Shown: piece after piece, positions 35,540-47,743 of the stretch
How positions within the stretch are numbered: position 1 is the stretch's first letter
Layout of the letters: each line of letters opens with the position of its first letter
Source of the DNA: an uncultured Cryptobacterium sp.
Lineage (GTDB): Bacteria; Actinomycetota; Coriobacteriia; Coriobacteriales; Eggerthellaceae
Length of the DNA stretch: 48,795 nucleotides
Direction of reading: 5' to 3'
NCBI GenBank assembly: GCA_964597085.1
Contig: CAZQWR010000003.1
Span: 1 to 48,795, forward strand
Position numbers and translations under genes: made by a program
The notes under the pieces: generated by a model
Told to the model about the DNA's origin: nothing
Seen by the model: only the letters and a program-made list of their open reading frames with translations
Database searches by the model: none

Positions 35540-37042
35540 ATGAACCCCGAGGAAACCCGAACAGAGCTAATACGGCAGATCAAGTCGTACCCAACCGTAA
35601 ACGCATCGCAGATAGATGCGTTCTTCGGGCGTGTCCAGGTTCAAGCGGTAAGCCCCGGCTTTATAATGCTCACCTCCGACAATAGTTTCATCAAAGACTG
35701 GATAGAAAAGCACTTCATGCACGATATCCAGCAAGCGCTGAGCGACCTTTACGGCGTGGAGTTCATGGTTCAGATAGAGGTCGACACTTCAAGCCAGCCT
35801 CAACAGCCCCAGCCAAGCGCCAACGAACCGGCACCGCAAGCAGCAGCGCCGGCAAATAGCGAAGCAAGGCAAACCGCGCCCGAGCGCACAGCCACCCGCG
35901 CACAACGCAACGAAAAACCGCAAGCAGCCCAGCAGGAGCCGGACCACGAAAGCGCGGGCGAAAAACAGGAGAGCGCAGGCGCCGGAGCCGAAAGCAGCCT
36001 CACTTTCGACACTTTTGTAATAGGCGAATCCAATCGCATGGCGTACCAGATGGCGGTGGAGGTTGCCGACAGACCTGGATCTTCGGAGCTAAACCCGCTG
36101 TTCATATACGGGCGTTCCGGTGTGGGCAAAACGCATCTTCTGTGCGCCATCCAAAATTACATCGTGGAGCAATACCCCGATCTGAATGTCTGCTACATCG
36201 ACTCAATGGAGCTGGTGAACAAGTACTCCGACGCCGCCATCGAAAAAAGCGTGGACAAGCAGAGCTTCAAGAACTTCGAAAGCTTTTTTCAGCAGGCCGA
36301 TGTGCTGCTCATCGATGACGTCCAAGGCCTGCAAAGCAAGCCCGGTACGTTAAATGCGCTATTCCGAATCTTCAATTCGATGATCCCCAAAGGGAAACAG
36401 TTCGTATTCAGCGCCGACCGCGCACCTCGAAACATCGACTTGGACGAGCGTTACGTCTCGCGTTTCAACTCGGGCGCCACCATCGATATTCAGCCACCCG
36501 ACGACGAAACGAAGCGAAACATCATCAAAGGCTTCGTAAAGCACTACCGCGCAAAAGAAGGCATTGAGCTGGAATTCCCCGATGGTATTCTGGATTACAT
36601 CGTAGAAAACTCCAGCTCAAACGTACGCGAGCTGAAAAGCGCAGTAACCAACGTGATTTTCGCTCTCAAAACCGGCAACGGGGGAGAGCTTACCGAAACG
36701 CAAATAAAGGAACTACTAGGCAACCACTTCATCGGTGGCGGTAAAAGACGCATCACTATAGAAATGGTGCAAGGCGCCGTTGAAGATTTCTATGGCGTTG
36801 CCCACAAAGAACTCGTTGGGGGCAGTCGAAAAAGGGAAGTGGCGCAAAAAAGGCAAGTAGCCATATACCTTTGCCGCGAGCTCTCGGAAACTACGCTGAA
36901 GAACATCGGTGCCGCATTCAACCGCGACCATACTACCGTCATGCATTCATGCGACATGGTTAGCGACCGATTGAAGGAAGACAGAAACCTTCGCGAAGAG
37001 CTTGAGGCGATTCGAGAGAAAATCCGTATCCAGCAGTACTAA
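35540..37042 (+). CDS. dnaA: Chromosomal replication initiator
   Basis: TFDTFVIGESN, NPLFIYGRSGVGKTHLL, LLIDDVQ, NVREL, RDHTTVMH. Confidence 0.97.
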   Translation: MNPEETRTELIRQIKSYPTVNASQIDAFFGRVQVQAVSPGFIMLTSDNSFIKDWIEKHFMHDIQQALSDLYGVEFMVQIEVDTSSQPQQPQPSANEPAPQAAAPANSEARQTAPERTATRAQRNEKPQAAQQEPDHESAGEKQESAGAGAESSLTFDTFVIGESNRMAYQMAVEVADRPGSSELNPLFIYGRSGVGKTHLLCAIQNYIVEQYPDLNVCYIDSMELVNKYSDAAIEKSVDKQSFKNFESFFQQADVLLIDDVQGLQSKPGTLNALFRIFNSMIPKGKQFVFSADRAPRNIDLDERYVSRFNSGATIDIQPPDDETKRNIIKGFVKHYRAKEGIELEFPDGILDYIVENSSSNVRELKSAVTNVIFALKTGNGGELTETQIKELLGNHFIGGGKRRITIEMVQGAVEDFYGVAHKELVGGSRKREVAQKRQVAIYLCRELSETTLKNIGAAFNRDHTTVMHSCDMVSDRLKEDRNLREELEAIREKIRIQQY

Positions 37043-37044
37043 AA

Positions 37045-37262
37045 GCGGCTGTTGAAAACTGGTTGGAAAGCAGCGGAATAAAAGTCGATCGATGTTGATT
37101 AAATTACCAACACGGTTTCCATGTGGAAAACCCAATGGTTTATCAACATCGTTAAAAACGGTTAAAAAGCACGGTTAACCTGGTAGAACAGAAGTTATCA
37201 ACAATTCAACCGTGCTTACTATTACTACGATTAGTATTTTTATTAGGGTTAGGTAATAAGTA
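37045..37262. other. Replication origin oriC: DnaA boxes, DnaA-trios and AT-rich unwinding element
   Basis: Boxes at 37050, 37093, 37104, 37122, 37140, 37195; trio run TTA CTA TTA CTA CGA TTA GTA TTT TTA TTA at 37216-37245; dnaA-dnaN interval. Confidence 0.88.
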
Positions 37263-37366
37263 AAACGTGAGGAAAACCCGCCAGCACCTTAAGCCTTTGG
37301 CTTTACCGTTGGCGGGTTCGAAATTTGGGTATCATACCTAGGGAACAAACACAGTAAGGGGCATCA

Positions 37367-38464
37367 ATGAAATTCAGCGTTAACCAATCCGAATTGCAGA
37401 ACGCTCTTTCGGTGGTAGTAAAAGGATCTTCAACTCGTTCTACGCTTTCCATTCTTGCGGGTGTATACATCAAGGCCGAAGATGGCCGTATTACTTTGCA
37501 AACAACCGACCTTGAGCTTTCCATTAAGGTAACCTGCTTCGCGATGGTGGAAGAGCCCGGTGATACGGTTGTACCCGCCAAGTTGTTCCTTGATATTGTT
37601 AAGAACCTTCCAGACATGGCGGTTCGCGTTGAGGCGGACGATGCCACCGCAACTGTTTTCTGCGACAGCTCCACCTTTAGCCTGAAAGCGCTCAACCCTC
37701 TTGATTTCCCAGCTTTTCCGGAAATCAAGGCCGATCAGGAAGCCCAATTCCCGTTCAACGCCTTTTCTTCCATGGTCAAGCGCACAGCGAAAGTTGTTTC
37801 GCACGATGAAACGCGCATCGTGCTTACCGGTGTTCTTGTTTCCTGCGTTGGAACGTCGTTGAAGATGGTCGCAACCGACTCATATCGTTTGGCTGTGGCT
37901 GAAACCGAGCTCGAGCAGCCTTGCCCCGAAGAATTCGAAGCTGTTATCTCTGGCTCTTTTCTGCAGGATATCGCATCGCTGCCTCAGTCGGACGATCTGA
38001 TTACCCTGGCGCTCAACGAAAACCAAATCGTCGTCTCCTACCGCGACACCACGTTTATCAACCGCCGCATCGAGGGTACGTTCCCTAACTACAAGCAGCT
38101 TATTGCCGATGGCGCCACCACCCAGGCAACGCTTTCCACTCATGCACTATCCGATGCTGTTCGTCGTGTTTCGTTGTTGAGCAATAAGGTTTCCCCTGTT
38201 CAGGTGCGTGTTGATGCCGATGCTGGCGTGGTAACCCTGGTTACGAATTCTCAAGACATCGGCAATGCTCAGGAAAACCTCATCTGCGAGGTTACGGGTG
38301 AATCGGTAGACATCGCCTTCAACTTCTCGTTCATGCTCGATGGCCTGAACTCCATCGATACCGATGCAGTCCGTCTTGATCTGTTCGGTCCCATGAAGCC
38401 AGGCATCCTGCGCGCAACTGAAGGCGAAAATTTCCTATACCTCATCATGCCCGTACGCGTGTAG
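37367..38464 (+). CDS. dnaN: DNA polymerase III beta clamp
   Basis: TTDLEL, VATDSYRLA, IEGTFPNY, YLIMPVR. Confidence 0.97.
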   Translation: MKFSVNQSELQNALSVVVKGSSTRSTLSILAGVYIKAEDGRITLQTTDLELSIKVTCFAMVEEPGDTVVPAKLFLDIVKNLPDMAVRVEADDATATVFCDSSTFSLKALNPLDFPAFPEIKADQEAQFPFNAFSSMVKRTAKVVSHDETRIVLTGVLVSCVGTSLKMVATDSYRLAVAETELEQPCPEEFEAVISGSFLQDIASLPQSDDLITLALNENQIVVSYRDTTFINRRIEGTFPNYKQLIADGATTQATLSTHALSDAVRRVSLLSNKVSPVQVRVDADAGVVTLVTNSQDIGNAQENLICEVTGESVDIAFNFSFMLDGLNSIDTDAVRLDLFGPMKPGILRATEGENFLYLIMPVRV

Positions 38465-38476
38465 CCGCGTCTTGCC

Positions 38477-39610
38477 GTGGGTTTGCGTATCGAACAACTG
38501 AATTGCAGGGACTTCCGCTCGTATAAGGAGTTTAGCCTTAGCGAAATCGGGAGCCTCACGGCCATCGTGGGCCCGAACGCTGTTGGCAAAACAAATTTGC
38601 TGGAAGGCATCCAACTGGTCACTGCCTGCTCTTCCTTTCGCAACCCGCAGCCATCGCATTTGGTGCGCGAGGGGGCCGCAAGCAGCTGTTTCGCTGCTCA
38701 GCTGGTAGGGGATGGCCGTAGCCTCGAGGTTGAGCTGCGCGCACTCCCCGATTCCCGTGAGTATTACCTGAACGGAAAGAAGAAGCGTCCGCGTGACCTG
38801 CGCGGGCTTTTGCCCTCTGTTCTGTTTTCGCCCGAAGACCTCGAACTGGTGAAAGGCGGTCAAGCTCCGCGCCGTGCGCATGCTGATGCCTTGGGGGCTC
38901 AGCTCAGCGCTAATTACCAGCAGGTTCGGCGCGACTATGAAAAGATGCTTCGCCAGAAGAATCGCCTTCTGAAAGAAGGTGCGCAGCCGCTTTACCTGCA
39001 GAGCATCAACGAAGTGCTGGCCTCCATCGGTTCGCACTTCCACAGGCTGCGCCTTGAGCTCCTGAGCGCCTTGGAGCCTTACCTGAAAAGCGCTTATGCG
39101 AAGATTTCAAACAATAGCGAGGAGGTTGCGCTTGCCTACGTCCCCTCTTGGTTGCGCCATTCGGTAGACACCGCTCGCATTCCTGAAATAGAGCCTTCTA
39201 CGCGCGATGAGGCTCACGAGGCTTTGATTGCCGCTATGGAATCCGATGCCTTCAAAGAGCATGAGCGCCGTGCATGCTTGCAAGGACCGCAGCTTGACCG
39301 TATCGAGTTCTACCTTAATGGGCGAAACGCCCACGATTTCGCCTCGCAGGGGCAACAGCGCTCGTTGGTTCTTGCGTGCAAAATAGCCGAAGTGGAGCTT
39401 ATCGCCGATAAGTTGGGGCAAACGCCGGTGCTTTTGCTCGATGATGTTATGAGCGAGCTCGATGGTGCGCGTCGTGAAGCTCTGTTTTCACTGATATCTG
39501 GCGAGGTTCAGACATTCATCACGGCAACAAACGCCGAAGCGCTCGACCATGCCTTGGTCCAGGACGCTCGCATCGTGGAAATAGGGAAGGAGAGCCATGG
39601 CCGAAAGTGA
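38477..39610 (+). CDS. recF: DNA replication/repair protein RecF
   Basis: GPNAVGKTNLLE, FSPEDL, SQGQQRS, LLLDDVMSELD. Confidence 0.96.
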   Translation: MGLRIEQLNCRDFRSYKEFSLSEIGSLTAIVGPNAVGKTNLLEGIQLVTACSSFRNPQPSHLVREGAASSCFAAQLVGDGRSLEVELRALPDSREYYLNGKKKRPRDLRGLLPSVLFSPEDLELVKGGQAPRRAHADALGAQLSANYQQVRRDYEKMLRQKNRLLKEGAQPLYLQSINEVLASIGSHFHRLRLELLSALEPYLKSAYAKISNNSEEVALAYVPSWLRHSVDTARIPEIEPSTRDEAHEALIAAMESDAFKEHERRACLQGPQLDRIEFYLNGRNAHDFASQGQQRSLVLACKIAEVELIADKLGQTPVLLLDDVMSELDGARREALFSLISGEVQTFITATNAEALDHALVQDARIVEIGKESHGRK

Positions 39611-40193
39611 AGATTTGCGCTCGCTTTCCGATCCGCATCGCGCCATAGATGCAAAAAACAACCGCGACAATTCTCTTCGCCCGGTTTCAACGGCCCTTAC
39701 GCGCATGTTTAGCTCGCAGATGCCCGAAGAAGTGCGCAAGCGCATTATGCTCGATCAGCACGTGAAGAAGTCGTATGCCCAATTCGGGCAGGTAACCGAT
39801 GAGTTTATTCTTAGACACGTGAACTCGGTGTACTTGATGCGCAGCAAGGTGGTTGAAGGCGCTCATGACCTGGTCGTGTACGTGGATAATTCAACCATCG
39901 CAGCCGAGCTTAATGCCCGCCGCGAGCTTATCAGACTTAAATACCGCGAAAAGTTCAATTTGGTAATTGATGCTTTTGAGATCCGCATCTCTAAAGGCGA
40001 GTACCTGAAGAAGCGCCCATACTCGGAGGGGCTTATTGCCAAGCCTGCCGCCGAAAACCCCCTCCCCGAGCTTTCCGCCGAAGAAAGCGAGCGAGTGGAC
40101 GCCATGCTCGCCGGCATCGGGGATCCTCGCTTGAAGGCTTCTTTTAAGGCCGCTATAACGGCTTCAAAGCGCCGAAAGAAGCTTCGTAAGTAA
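39597..40193 (+). CDS. dciA: DciA/DUF721-like replicative helicase loader
   Basis: Position between recF and gyrB (actinobacterial synteny); LVVYVDNSTIAAELNARRE motif and basic C-terminal tail. Confidence 0.7.
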   Translation: MAESEDLRSLSDPHRAIDAKNNRDNSLRPVSTALTRMFSSQMPEEVRKRIMLDQHVKKSYAQFGQVTDEFILRHVNSVYLMRSKVVEGAHDLVVYVDNSTIAAELNARRELIRLKYREKFNLVIDAFEIRISKGEYLKKRPYSEGLIAKPAAENPLPELSAEESERVDAMLAGIGDPRLKASFKAAITASKRRKKLRK

Positions 40194-40352
40194 TTTTTTT
40201 CCAAAAAGGTGTGGAATACCCGCGCAGAATCGGCCTGAATGGCCTTAAACACTGGCTTAGAGGGCGGTATGAACCACTAATTCTGATACAATATTGAAGT
40301 TTAGAAATCCCTCATGTGCGCTGGGCAAACCCAGTTGCGCAACTGCTCATGA

Positions 40353-42302
<1,950 letters not shown>

Positions 42303-42391
42303 GGATCAGCCCTTTTAGGCGCAATACGCCTGGTTTTTGATGCGAGCCCCTTCGCACAACGAACTCGAACAACACGAAAGAAGGAGTCTTC

Positions 42392-44920
42392 GTGGCAGAA
42401 GATAAGAATGAAGCCAACGAGCAGGAAGCAGTAGCCGCAGCTGCTGCCAACGTCTTGCCCGCTGAGCTTTCCAAGGAGATGCGCACTTCGTTTCTTGAAT
42501 ACTCGATGAGCGTTATCGTCTCCCGCGCATTGCCAGATGTACGCGACGGCTTGAAGCCTGTTCACCGCCGCATTCTGTATGCGATGAATGAAAGCGGTAT
42601 CACGCCCAAGCGTCCGCATGCCAAGTCGGCACGTACCGTTGGCGACGTTATTGGTAAGTACCATCCGCATGGCGACAGCGCCGTCTACGACACTATGGTT
42701 CGTTTGGCTCAGCCCTTCAGCATGCGCGTGCCGCTGGTAGATGGTCATGGCAACTTCGGCTCTATCGACGGCGATTCCGCGGCTGCTATGCGTTACACCG
42801 AGGCGCGTTTGGACAAGCCTGCAATGGAATTGCTACGCGACCTTGACAAGGAAACCGTCGATTTCCAGCCCAACTACGATGAGAGCCTGCAGGAGCCCGT
42901 GGTTTTGCCTTCGCGCTTCCCGAACCTGCTGGTAAACGGTTCTTCTGGTATTGCAGTAGGCATGGCCACCAACATCCCGCCCCACAATTTGGGTGAGGCT
43001 ATCGATGCAACCTGCATGATGCTCGACAACCCCGATTGCACGGTGGACGACCTTATGACGGTGCTCCCCGGCCCCGACTTCCCAACTGGCGGTCAGATCA
43101 TGGGGCGCAAAGGTATTCGCGAGGCGTATGAAACCGGCCGCGGCAGCCTTACCGTGCGTTCTACCTGCCGAATCGAGCAGAGCAAGAGCGGCAAGTACTC
43201 CATTGTCGTTTCCGAGATTCCCTATCAGGTGAACCGTACCAACCTGCTGAAGAAGATCGCTGATCTTATCCGCGATAAGAAGCTGCCCGAGGTTTCCAAC
43301 GTGCATGACGGTGCCGACCGCCATGGCATCGACATCATCATTGAACTCAAGCAGAACGCCATTCCGCAGGTTGTGCTGAATAAGCTTTACAAGCACACCC
43401 AGCTACAGGTTGGCTTCGGCTGCAACATGCTGGCTTTGGTGAACGGCGTCCCTCGTGTTCTTTCGCTGAAGGAAATGCTGCACTACTACATTCTTCATCA
43501 GGAAGAAGTTGTAGAGCGCCGCACCCGTTACGACCTAGCCAAGGCTGAAGCGCGCGCTCATATTCTGGAAGGCTTTGTAATTGCGCTGGATAACATTGAT
43601 GAGGTTATCCAGATCATCCGCTCTTCTGAAACCGATCGTCAGGCCAAAGATACCTTGATGGAGCGCTTCAAGCTTTCCGAAAAGCAGTCTGAGGCAATCC
43701 TGGAAATGAAGCTGCGTCGCCTTACCGGCTTGGAACGCGAGAAGATCGAAGCCGAGTTGAAGGAGCTGCGCGAGCGCATCGACTACTATAAGCGTCTTCT
43801 TTCCGACAAAGACCTGGTAAAGCAGGTGATCAAGGAAGAGCTTACCGAAATTAAGGAAAAGTACGCCACCAAGCGCCTTACCGCCATTTCGGATGCAACC
43901 AAGGACTTGGATATCGAAGATCTTATTGCCGAGGAAGAGGTTGCCATTACGGTAACCAAGGCCGGTTACGTGAAGCGCCTGCCTGTTGCAACCTATCGCC
44001 AGCAGAAGCGCGGTGGTAAGGGCATGCAAGGCGTGAACCTGAAGGAAGAGGACTTTGTAGAGCACCTCTTCATTTCGAGCACCCATGCTTACCTGCTGTT
44101 CTTCAGCTCCCATGGCAAGGTATACCGCCTGAAGGCGTATGAGGTGCCTGAGGCAAGCCGTCATGCGCGTGGTACCGCCATCGTGAACCTGTTGGCGCTT
44201 GAAAAAGGAGAGACCATCGAGGCGGTAATTGCCACGAAGGACTTCCCTGAAGACGAGTACCTGATGTTCGCTACTAGCCACGGCATGGTGAAGAAGACCG
44301 CCATGAGCCTTTACGATCGCACCCGCCGAGATGGCCTCATTGCCATCAACCTTAAGGAAGGTGATTCGCTCATCAGCGTGCAACGCGTTGCCGAGGGCGA
44401 GAAGGTCATGATGGTTTCCAGCGCCGGCAAGGCCATTATGTGGGATGAAAGCGAAGTTCGCGCTATGGGCCGCGATACCATGGGCGTACGCGGCATGACC
44501 GTGAACGACGGTGCTCGCGTTCTAGGTATGGAGATTGCTCGCCCGGGCACCGAGCTTCTGGTTATCACCGAGCTTGGTTACGGCAAGCGCACGCCCGTTG
44601 CGGATTACCCGAGCCACCATCGCGGCGGTCAGGGTGTTTCCACCATCACCATGACCGATAAGAAGGGTCAGCTTGCTGCCATGAAGATCGTGGACGAGCA
44701 TGACGAGATCATGATCATCACCGAAGAGGGTATTGTTGTGCGCACGCCCGTTTCGGGCATTTCGCAGCTTGGCCGTTCTACCCAGGGCGTTCACCTCATG
44801 AACGTTTCCGGTAAGGACAAGGTTTCTGCTGTAGCGAAATCCACCACATCTGAAAAGGCCGCCGGCGAAACCGAGGTAGAGGATGACCAGAGCCAGGAGG
44901 AAACTTCGAGCGAGGAATAG
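42392..44920 (+). CDS. gyrA: DNA gyrase subunit A
   Basis: [16 protein letters not shown], GyrA-box QKRGGKG, acidic tail. Confidence 0.98.
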   Translation: MAEDKNEANEQEAVAAAAANVLPAELSKEMRTSFLEYSMSVIVSRALPDVRDGLKPVHRRILYAMNESGITPKRPHAKSARTVGDVIGKYHPHGDSAVYDTMVRLAQPFSMRVPLVDGHGNFGSIDGDSAAAMRYTEARLDKPAMELLRDLDKETVDFQPNYDESLQEPVVLPSRFPNLLVNGSSGIAVGMATNIPPHNLGEAIDATCMMLDNPDCTVDDLMTVLPGPDFPTGGQIMGRKGIREAYETGRGSLTVRSTCRIEQSKSGKYSIVVSEIPYQVNRTNLLKKIADLIRDKKLPEVSNVHDGADRHGIDIIIELKQNAIPQVVLNKLYKHTQLQVGFGCNMLALVNGVPRVLSLKEMLHYYILHQEEVVERRTRYDLAKAEARAHILEGFVIALDNIDEVIQIIRSSETDRQAKDTLMERFKLSEKQSEAILEMKLRRLTGLEREKIEAELKELRERIDYYKRLLSDKDLVKQVIKEELTEIKEKYATKRLTAISDATKDLDIEDLIAEEEVAITVTKAGYVKRLPVATYRQQKRGGKGMQGVNLKEEDFVEHLFISSTHAYLLFFSSHGKVYRLKAYEVPEASRHARGTAIVNLLALEKGETIEAVIATKDFPEDEYLMFATSHGMVKKTAMSLYDRTRRDGLIAINLKEGDSLISVQRVAEGEKVMMVSSAGKAIMWDESEVRAMGRDTMGVRGMTVNDGARVLGMEIARPGTELLVITELGYGKRTPVADYPSHHRGGQGVSTITMTDKKGQLAAMKIVDEHDEIMIITEEGIVVRTPVSGISQLGRSTQGVHLMNVSGKDKVSAVAKSTTSEKAAGETEVEDDQSQEETSSEE

Positions 44921-44946
44921 TTCCTCTGTATGGTCAATACCTTACG

Positions 44947-44980
44947 AAGAGGGCTCGAGTGCAACTCGGGTCCTCTTTTT
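44947..44980 (+). terminator. Intrinsic terminator after gyrA
   Basis: AAGAGGGCTCGAGT-gca-ACTCGGGTCCTCTT then T run. Confidence 0.8.
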
Positions 44981-45013
44981 ATACAGATAGGTAATGCCAG
45001 GTCAGCAGTATTT

Positions 45014-45029
45014 TGTTTCACGTGGAACG
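45014..45029. promoter_or_regulatory. parS site downstream of gyrA
   Basis: TGTTTCACGTGGAACG (reverse reads CGTTCCACGTGAAACA, fits the TGTTNCACGTGAAACA pattern). Confidence 0.75.
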
Positions 45030-45059
45030 GATCTTTTTTCATAAATCGCAAATTAATCC

Positions 45060-45088
45060 TTGACCCGAGCCATAATGGAAAGTATATT
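45060..45088 (+). promoter_or_regulatory. Sigma70-type promoter of tRNA-Ile/Ala
   Basis: TTGACC-17 nt-TATATT. Confidence 0.7.
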
Positions 45089-45104
45089 AATTGAGCGCGA
45101 TTTC

Positions 45105-45181
<77 letters not shown>

Positions 45182-45266
45182 TTTTTTACTGATAAACGCT
45201 CCACCGTGAGCCGAGTTTGCCGGTGGAGCGTTTATTGATAATTTCGAAATCGCAGCCAACCAATGT

Positions 45267-45342
45267 GGGGCATTAGCTCAGCTGGGAGAGCGCGGGCTTT
45301 GCAAGCCTGAGGTCAGGGGTTCGATCCCCCTATGCTCCACCA
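45267..45342 (+). tRNA. tRNA-Ala(TGC)
   Basis: GGGGCAT/ATGCTCC acceptor with G3:U70, CGGGC-TTTGCAA-GCCTG arm, CCA end. Confidence 0.97.
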
Positions 45343-45350
45343 CGAATCTT

Positions 45351-45382
45351 AAGGTCGTCCTGCGGACGGCCTTTTTTATTTT
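45351..45382 (+). terminator. Intrinsic terminator after tRNA-Ala
   Basis: AAGGTCGTCC-tgc-GGACGGCCTT then TTTTATTTT. Confidence 0.8.
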
Positions 45383-45417
45383 GGAAGCTAGCCAGCTAGC
45401 AAAAAGGAAGAAGAAGG

Positions 45418-47232
45418 ATGAAACAGGAAAACATTCGCAACGTTGCCATCATCGCGCACGTTGACCATGGCAAAACCACTCTGGTAGACCGTCTGCTGTG
45501 GTCTTCGCACGTATTCCGCGAAAACCAAGAGGTTGCTGAGCGCGTTCTGGACTCCAACGATCAGGAACGTGAGCGCGGCATCACTATTCTGTCCAAGAAC
45601 ATTTCCATTCATTACAAGGATACGAAGATCAACGTCATCGACACCCCCGGCCACGCCGACTTCGGCGGCGAGGTTGAGCGTGTTCTCAACATGGCTGATG
45701 GTGCTCTTCTTATCGTTGATGCTTATGAAGGCCCTAAGCCTCAGACTCGTTTTGTTCTTTCCCATGCGTTGGAGCGCGGCCTGCGCATCGTTGTTGTTGT
45801 TAACAAGATCGACCGCCCCAATGCCGACCCTGATGGTGCGGTAGACAAGGTGTTCGACCTCATGGTTGAGCTTGGCGCGTCCGACGAGCAGCTGGACTTC
45901 CCAGTTGTTTACGCTTCCGCTGTTAACGGCTATGCCCGCTACGATGCCAATGATGGCAACATGGACATGGTGCCCTTGCTGGATACCATTCTGAAGGAAA
46001 TTCCTGCACCTGAAGCTGATGTGGAAGGCCCCGTTGCCTTGCAGGTTTGCACCGTTGATCACAGCAGCTATGAAGGCCGTATTGGCATTGGCCGTTTGCA
46101 GAGCGGTACCATCCATGAAAAGGAGCAGGTGCTGGTAATCCAGCCCGATGGCAACCGCTATAACGCTCAGATCCGCAAAGTGTATACCTTTGAAAACCTG
46201 GGCAAGTCAGAGGTTCCTGAGGCAACCGCCGGCGACATCGTTGCCGTTATCGGCGTTGAGCAGGCTGACATTGGCGATGTTATCACCGATCCTGAAAATC
46301 CAGTTGAGATGGCTCCCTTGGCGGTTGAAGAGCCTACCATGGCCGTTGTGTTCGAGGCTTCTTCCAGTCCATTGGTTGGCCGCGAGGGCGAGATCGTTGG
46401 CGCTCGCCAGCTTAAAGAGCGTTTGATGCGTGAAAAGGAAAGCAACATCTCCATGCGCATCGAGGAAACCGAAGACAGGTCGGGCATTCGCGTAGCCGGC
46501 CGCGGCGTTCTTCATCTTTCCGTTTTGATGGAAACCATGCGCCGCGAAGGATTTGAATTCCAGGTTGGACGCCCGCAGGTTGTTTACAAGACCGATGAAG
46601 CTGGCAACAAGCTCGAGCCTATCGAGGAAGCCACCATCGATGTTCCCAACGATTACTCCGGCAAGGCCATCGAGGTTATGGGCACCGCTGGCGGCATCAT
46701 GGAGGACATGAACTCTGACGAGAGCATGACGCACCTCACTTTCAAGATTCCCTCCCGCGGCACCATGGGCTTGAAGACCAAGATCCTGAATGCAACCCAC
46801 GGCGAGGCTGTTCTTTTCCACCATTTCCGCGAATACGGTCCGTATTCTGGCGAGATGATCGGTCGCAAGAACGGCTGCATGATTGCAATGGCAACCGAAA
46901 AGTCTGTGGCTTATGCACTCGACACGCTGCAAGAGCGCGGCAAGCTGTTCATTGGCCCCGGTGAGGATTGCTACGAGGGCATGATTGTTGGCGAGTCTGC
47001 CAAGGAAGGCGACATGGTAGTCAATGTTGCTAAGGCCAAGCAGCTGGGTAATCAGCGCTCATCTGGTGCCGACAAGGCAATCAGCCTTACTCCGCCCATT
47101 ACCTTCACGCTCGAAGAAGCGCTTGAATACATTGAAGACGACGAGCTGGTAGAGGTAACCCCTGTTTCCATCCGTTTGCGCAAGCGCACTCTTTCTGCAA
47201 CCCAGCGCCGCAAGGAAGCCAAAAATAAATAG
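45418..47232 (+). CDS. typA: Translational GTPase TypA/BipA
   Basis: [55 protein letters not shown]. Confidence 0.97.
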   Translation: MKQENIRNVAIIAHVDHGKTTLVDRLLWSSHVFRENQEVAERVLDSNDQERERGITILSKNISIHYKDTKINVIDTPGHADFGGEVERVLNMADGALLIVDAYEGPKPQTRFVLSHALERGLRIVVVVNKIDRPNADPDGAVDKVFDLMVELGASDEQLDFPVVYASAVNGYARYDANDGNMDMVPLLDTILKEIPAPEADVEGPVALQVCTVDHSSYEGRIGIGRLQSGTIHEKEQVLVIQPDGNRYNAQIRKVYTFENLGKSEVPEATAGDIVAVIGVEQADIGDVITDPENPVEMAPLAVEEPTMAVVFEASSSPLVGREGEIVGARQLKERLMREKESNISMRIEETEDRSGIRVAGRGVLHLSVLMETMRREGFEFQVGRPQVVYKTDEAGNKLEPIEEATIDVPNDYSGKAIEVMGTAGGIMEDMNSDESMTHLTFKIPSRGTMGLKTKILNATHGEAVLFHHFREYGPYSGEMIGRKNGCMIAMATEKSVAYALDTLQERGKLFIGPGEDCYEGMIVGESAKEGDMVVNVAKAKQLGNQRSSGADKAISLTPPITFTLEEALEYIEDDELVEVTPVSIRLRKRTLSATQRRKEAKNK

Positions 47233-47328
47233 TTTCGACGCCCTACCGGCCACTGAAATGTTCACACGAGACGCAATGACGCTGCGGGCTTCTTGGTTCC
47301 GCCGTTCTGGCGAAACGGCGGAACGTTC

Positions 47329-47468
47329 GCGCCATGCGATCTGACGCTGCGGGCCGCCCTGGCACCCCATCTTTGCGTGGATGAAAAAGCTCACGTACAA
47401 AGTACGCTTCGCTTTTTCCTCCACGTGAATCTGGGGCACCAGGGCGGCCCTCGCTGTTTTACTGGCGC
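47329..47468. repeat. Long imperfect palindrome, REP/MITE-like
   Basis: Nested arms GCGCCA/TGGCGC, GGGCCGCCCTGG/CCAGGGCGGCCC, CCCCA/TGGGG, CGTGGA/TCCACG, GAAAAAGC/GCTTTTTC, apex GTAC-AAA-GTAC. Confidence 0.65.
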
Positions 47469-47743
47469 ATACCCAGATTTCTTTAACGCCCTCTGGGCGT
47501 TTTTTAATGCCCAGAACTGTTTGCTGGCATTTCAGATACAGGCTCTCTGAGTTAGTACAGTATTTGGCTAGGTGTGATTCGCTTGGTGCTGCACGGCCTC
47601 TTTTATGGAGGGGTTGTGGTTAACCAGGGGTATTGCGTGGGCAAATTGTGCGGGAGGACGCTACAAATTCCCTTTGTGCAAAAATACGCATCGTTGTGCC
47701 GTTTGTTTAGGCGCAGTTCGTATAAGAAAGCAAGGGAATATAC

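Noticed and set aside
42650..42700. Quinolone-resistance mutation in GyrA
   Set aside because: QRDR reads HGDSAVYD, with the wild-type Ser and Asp.
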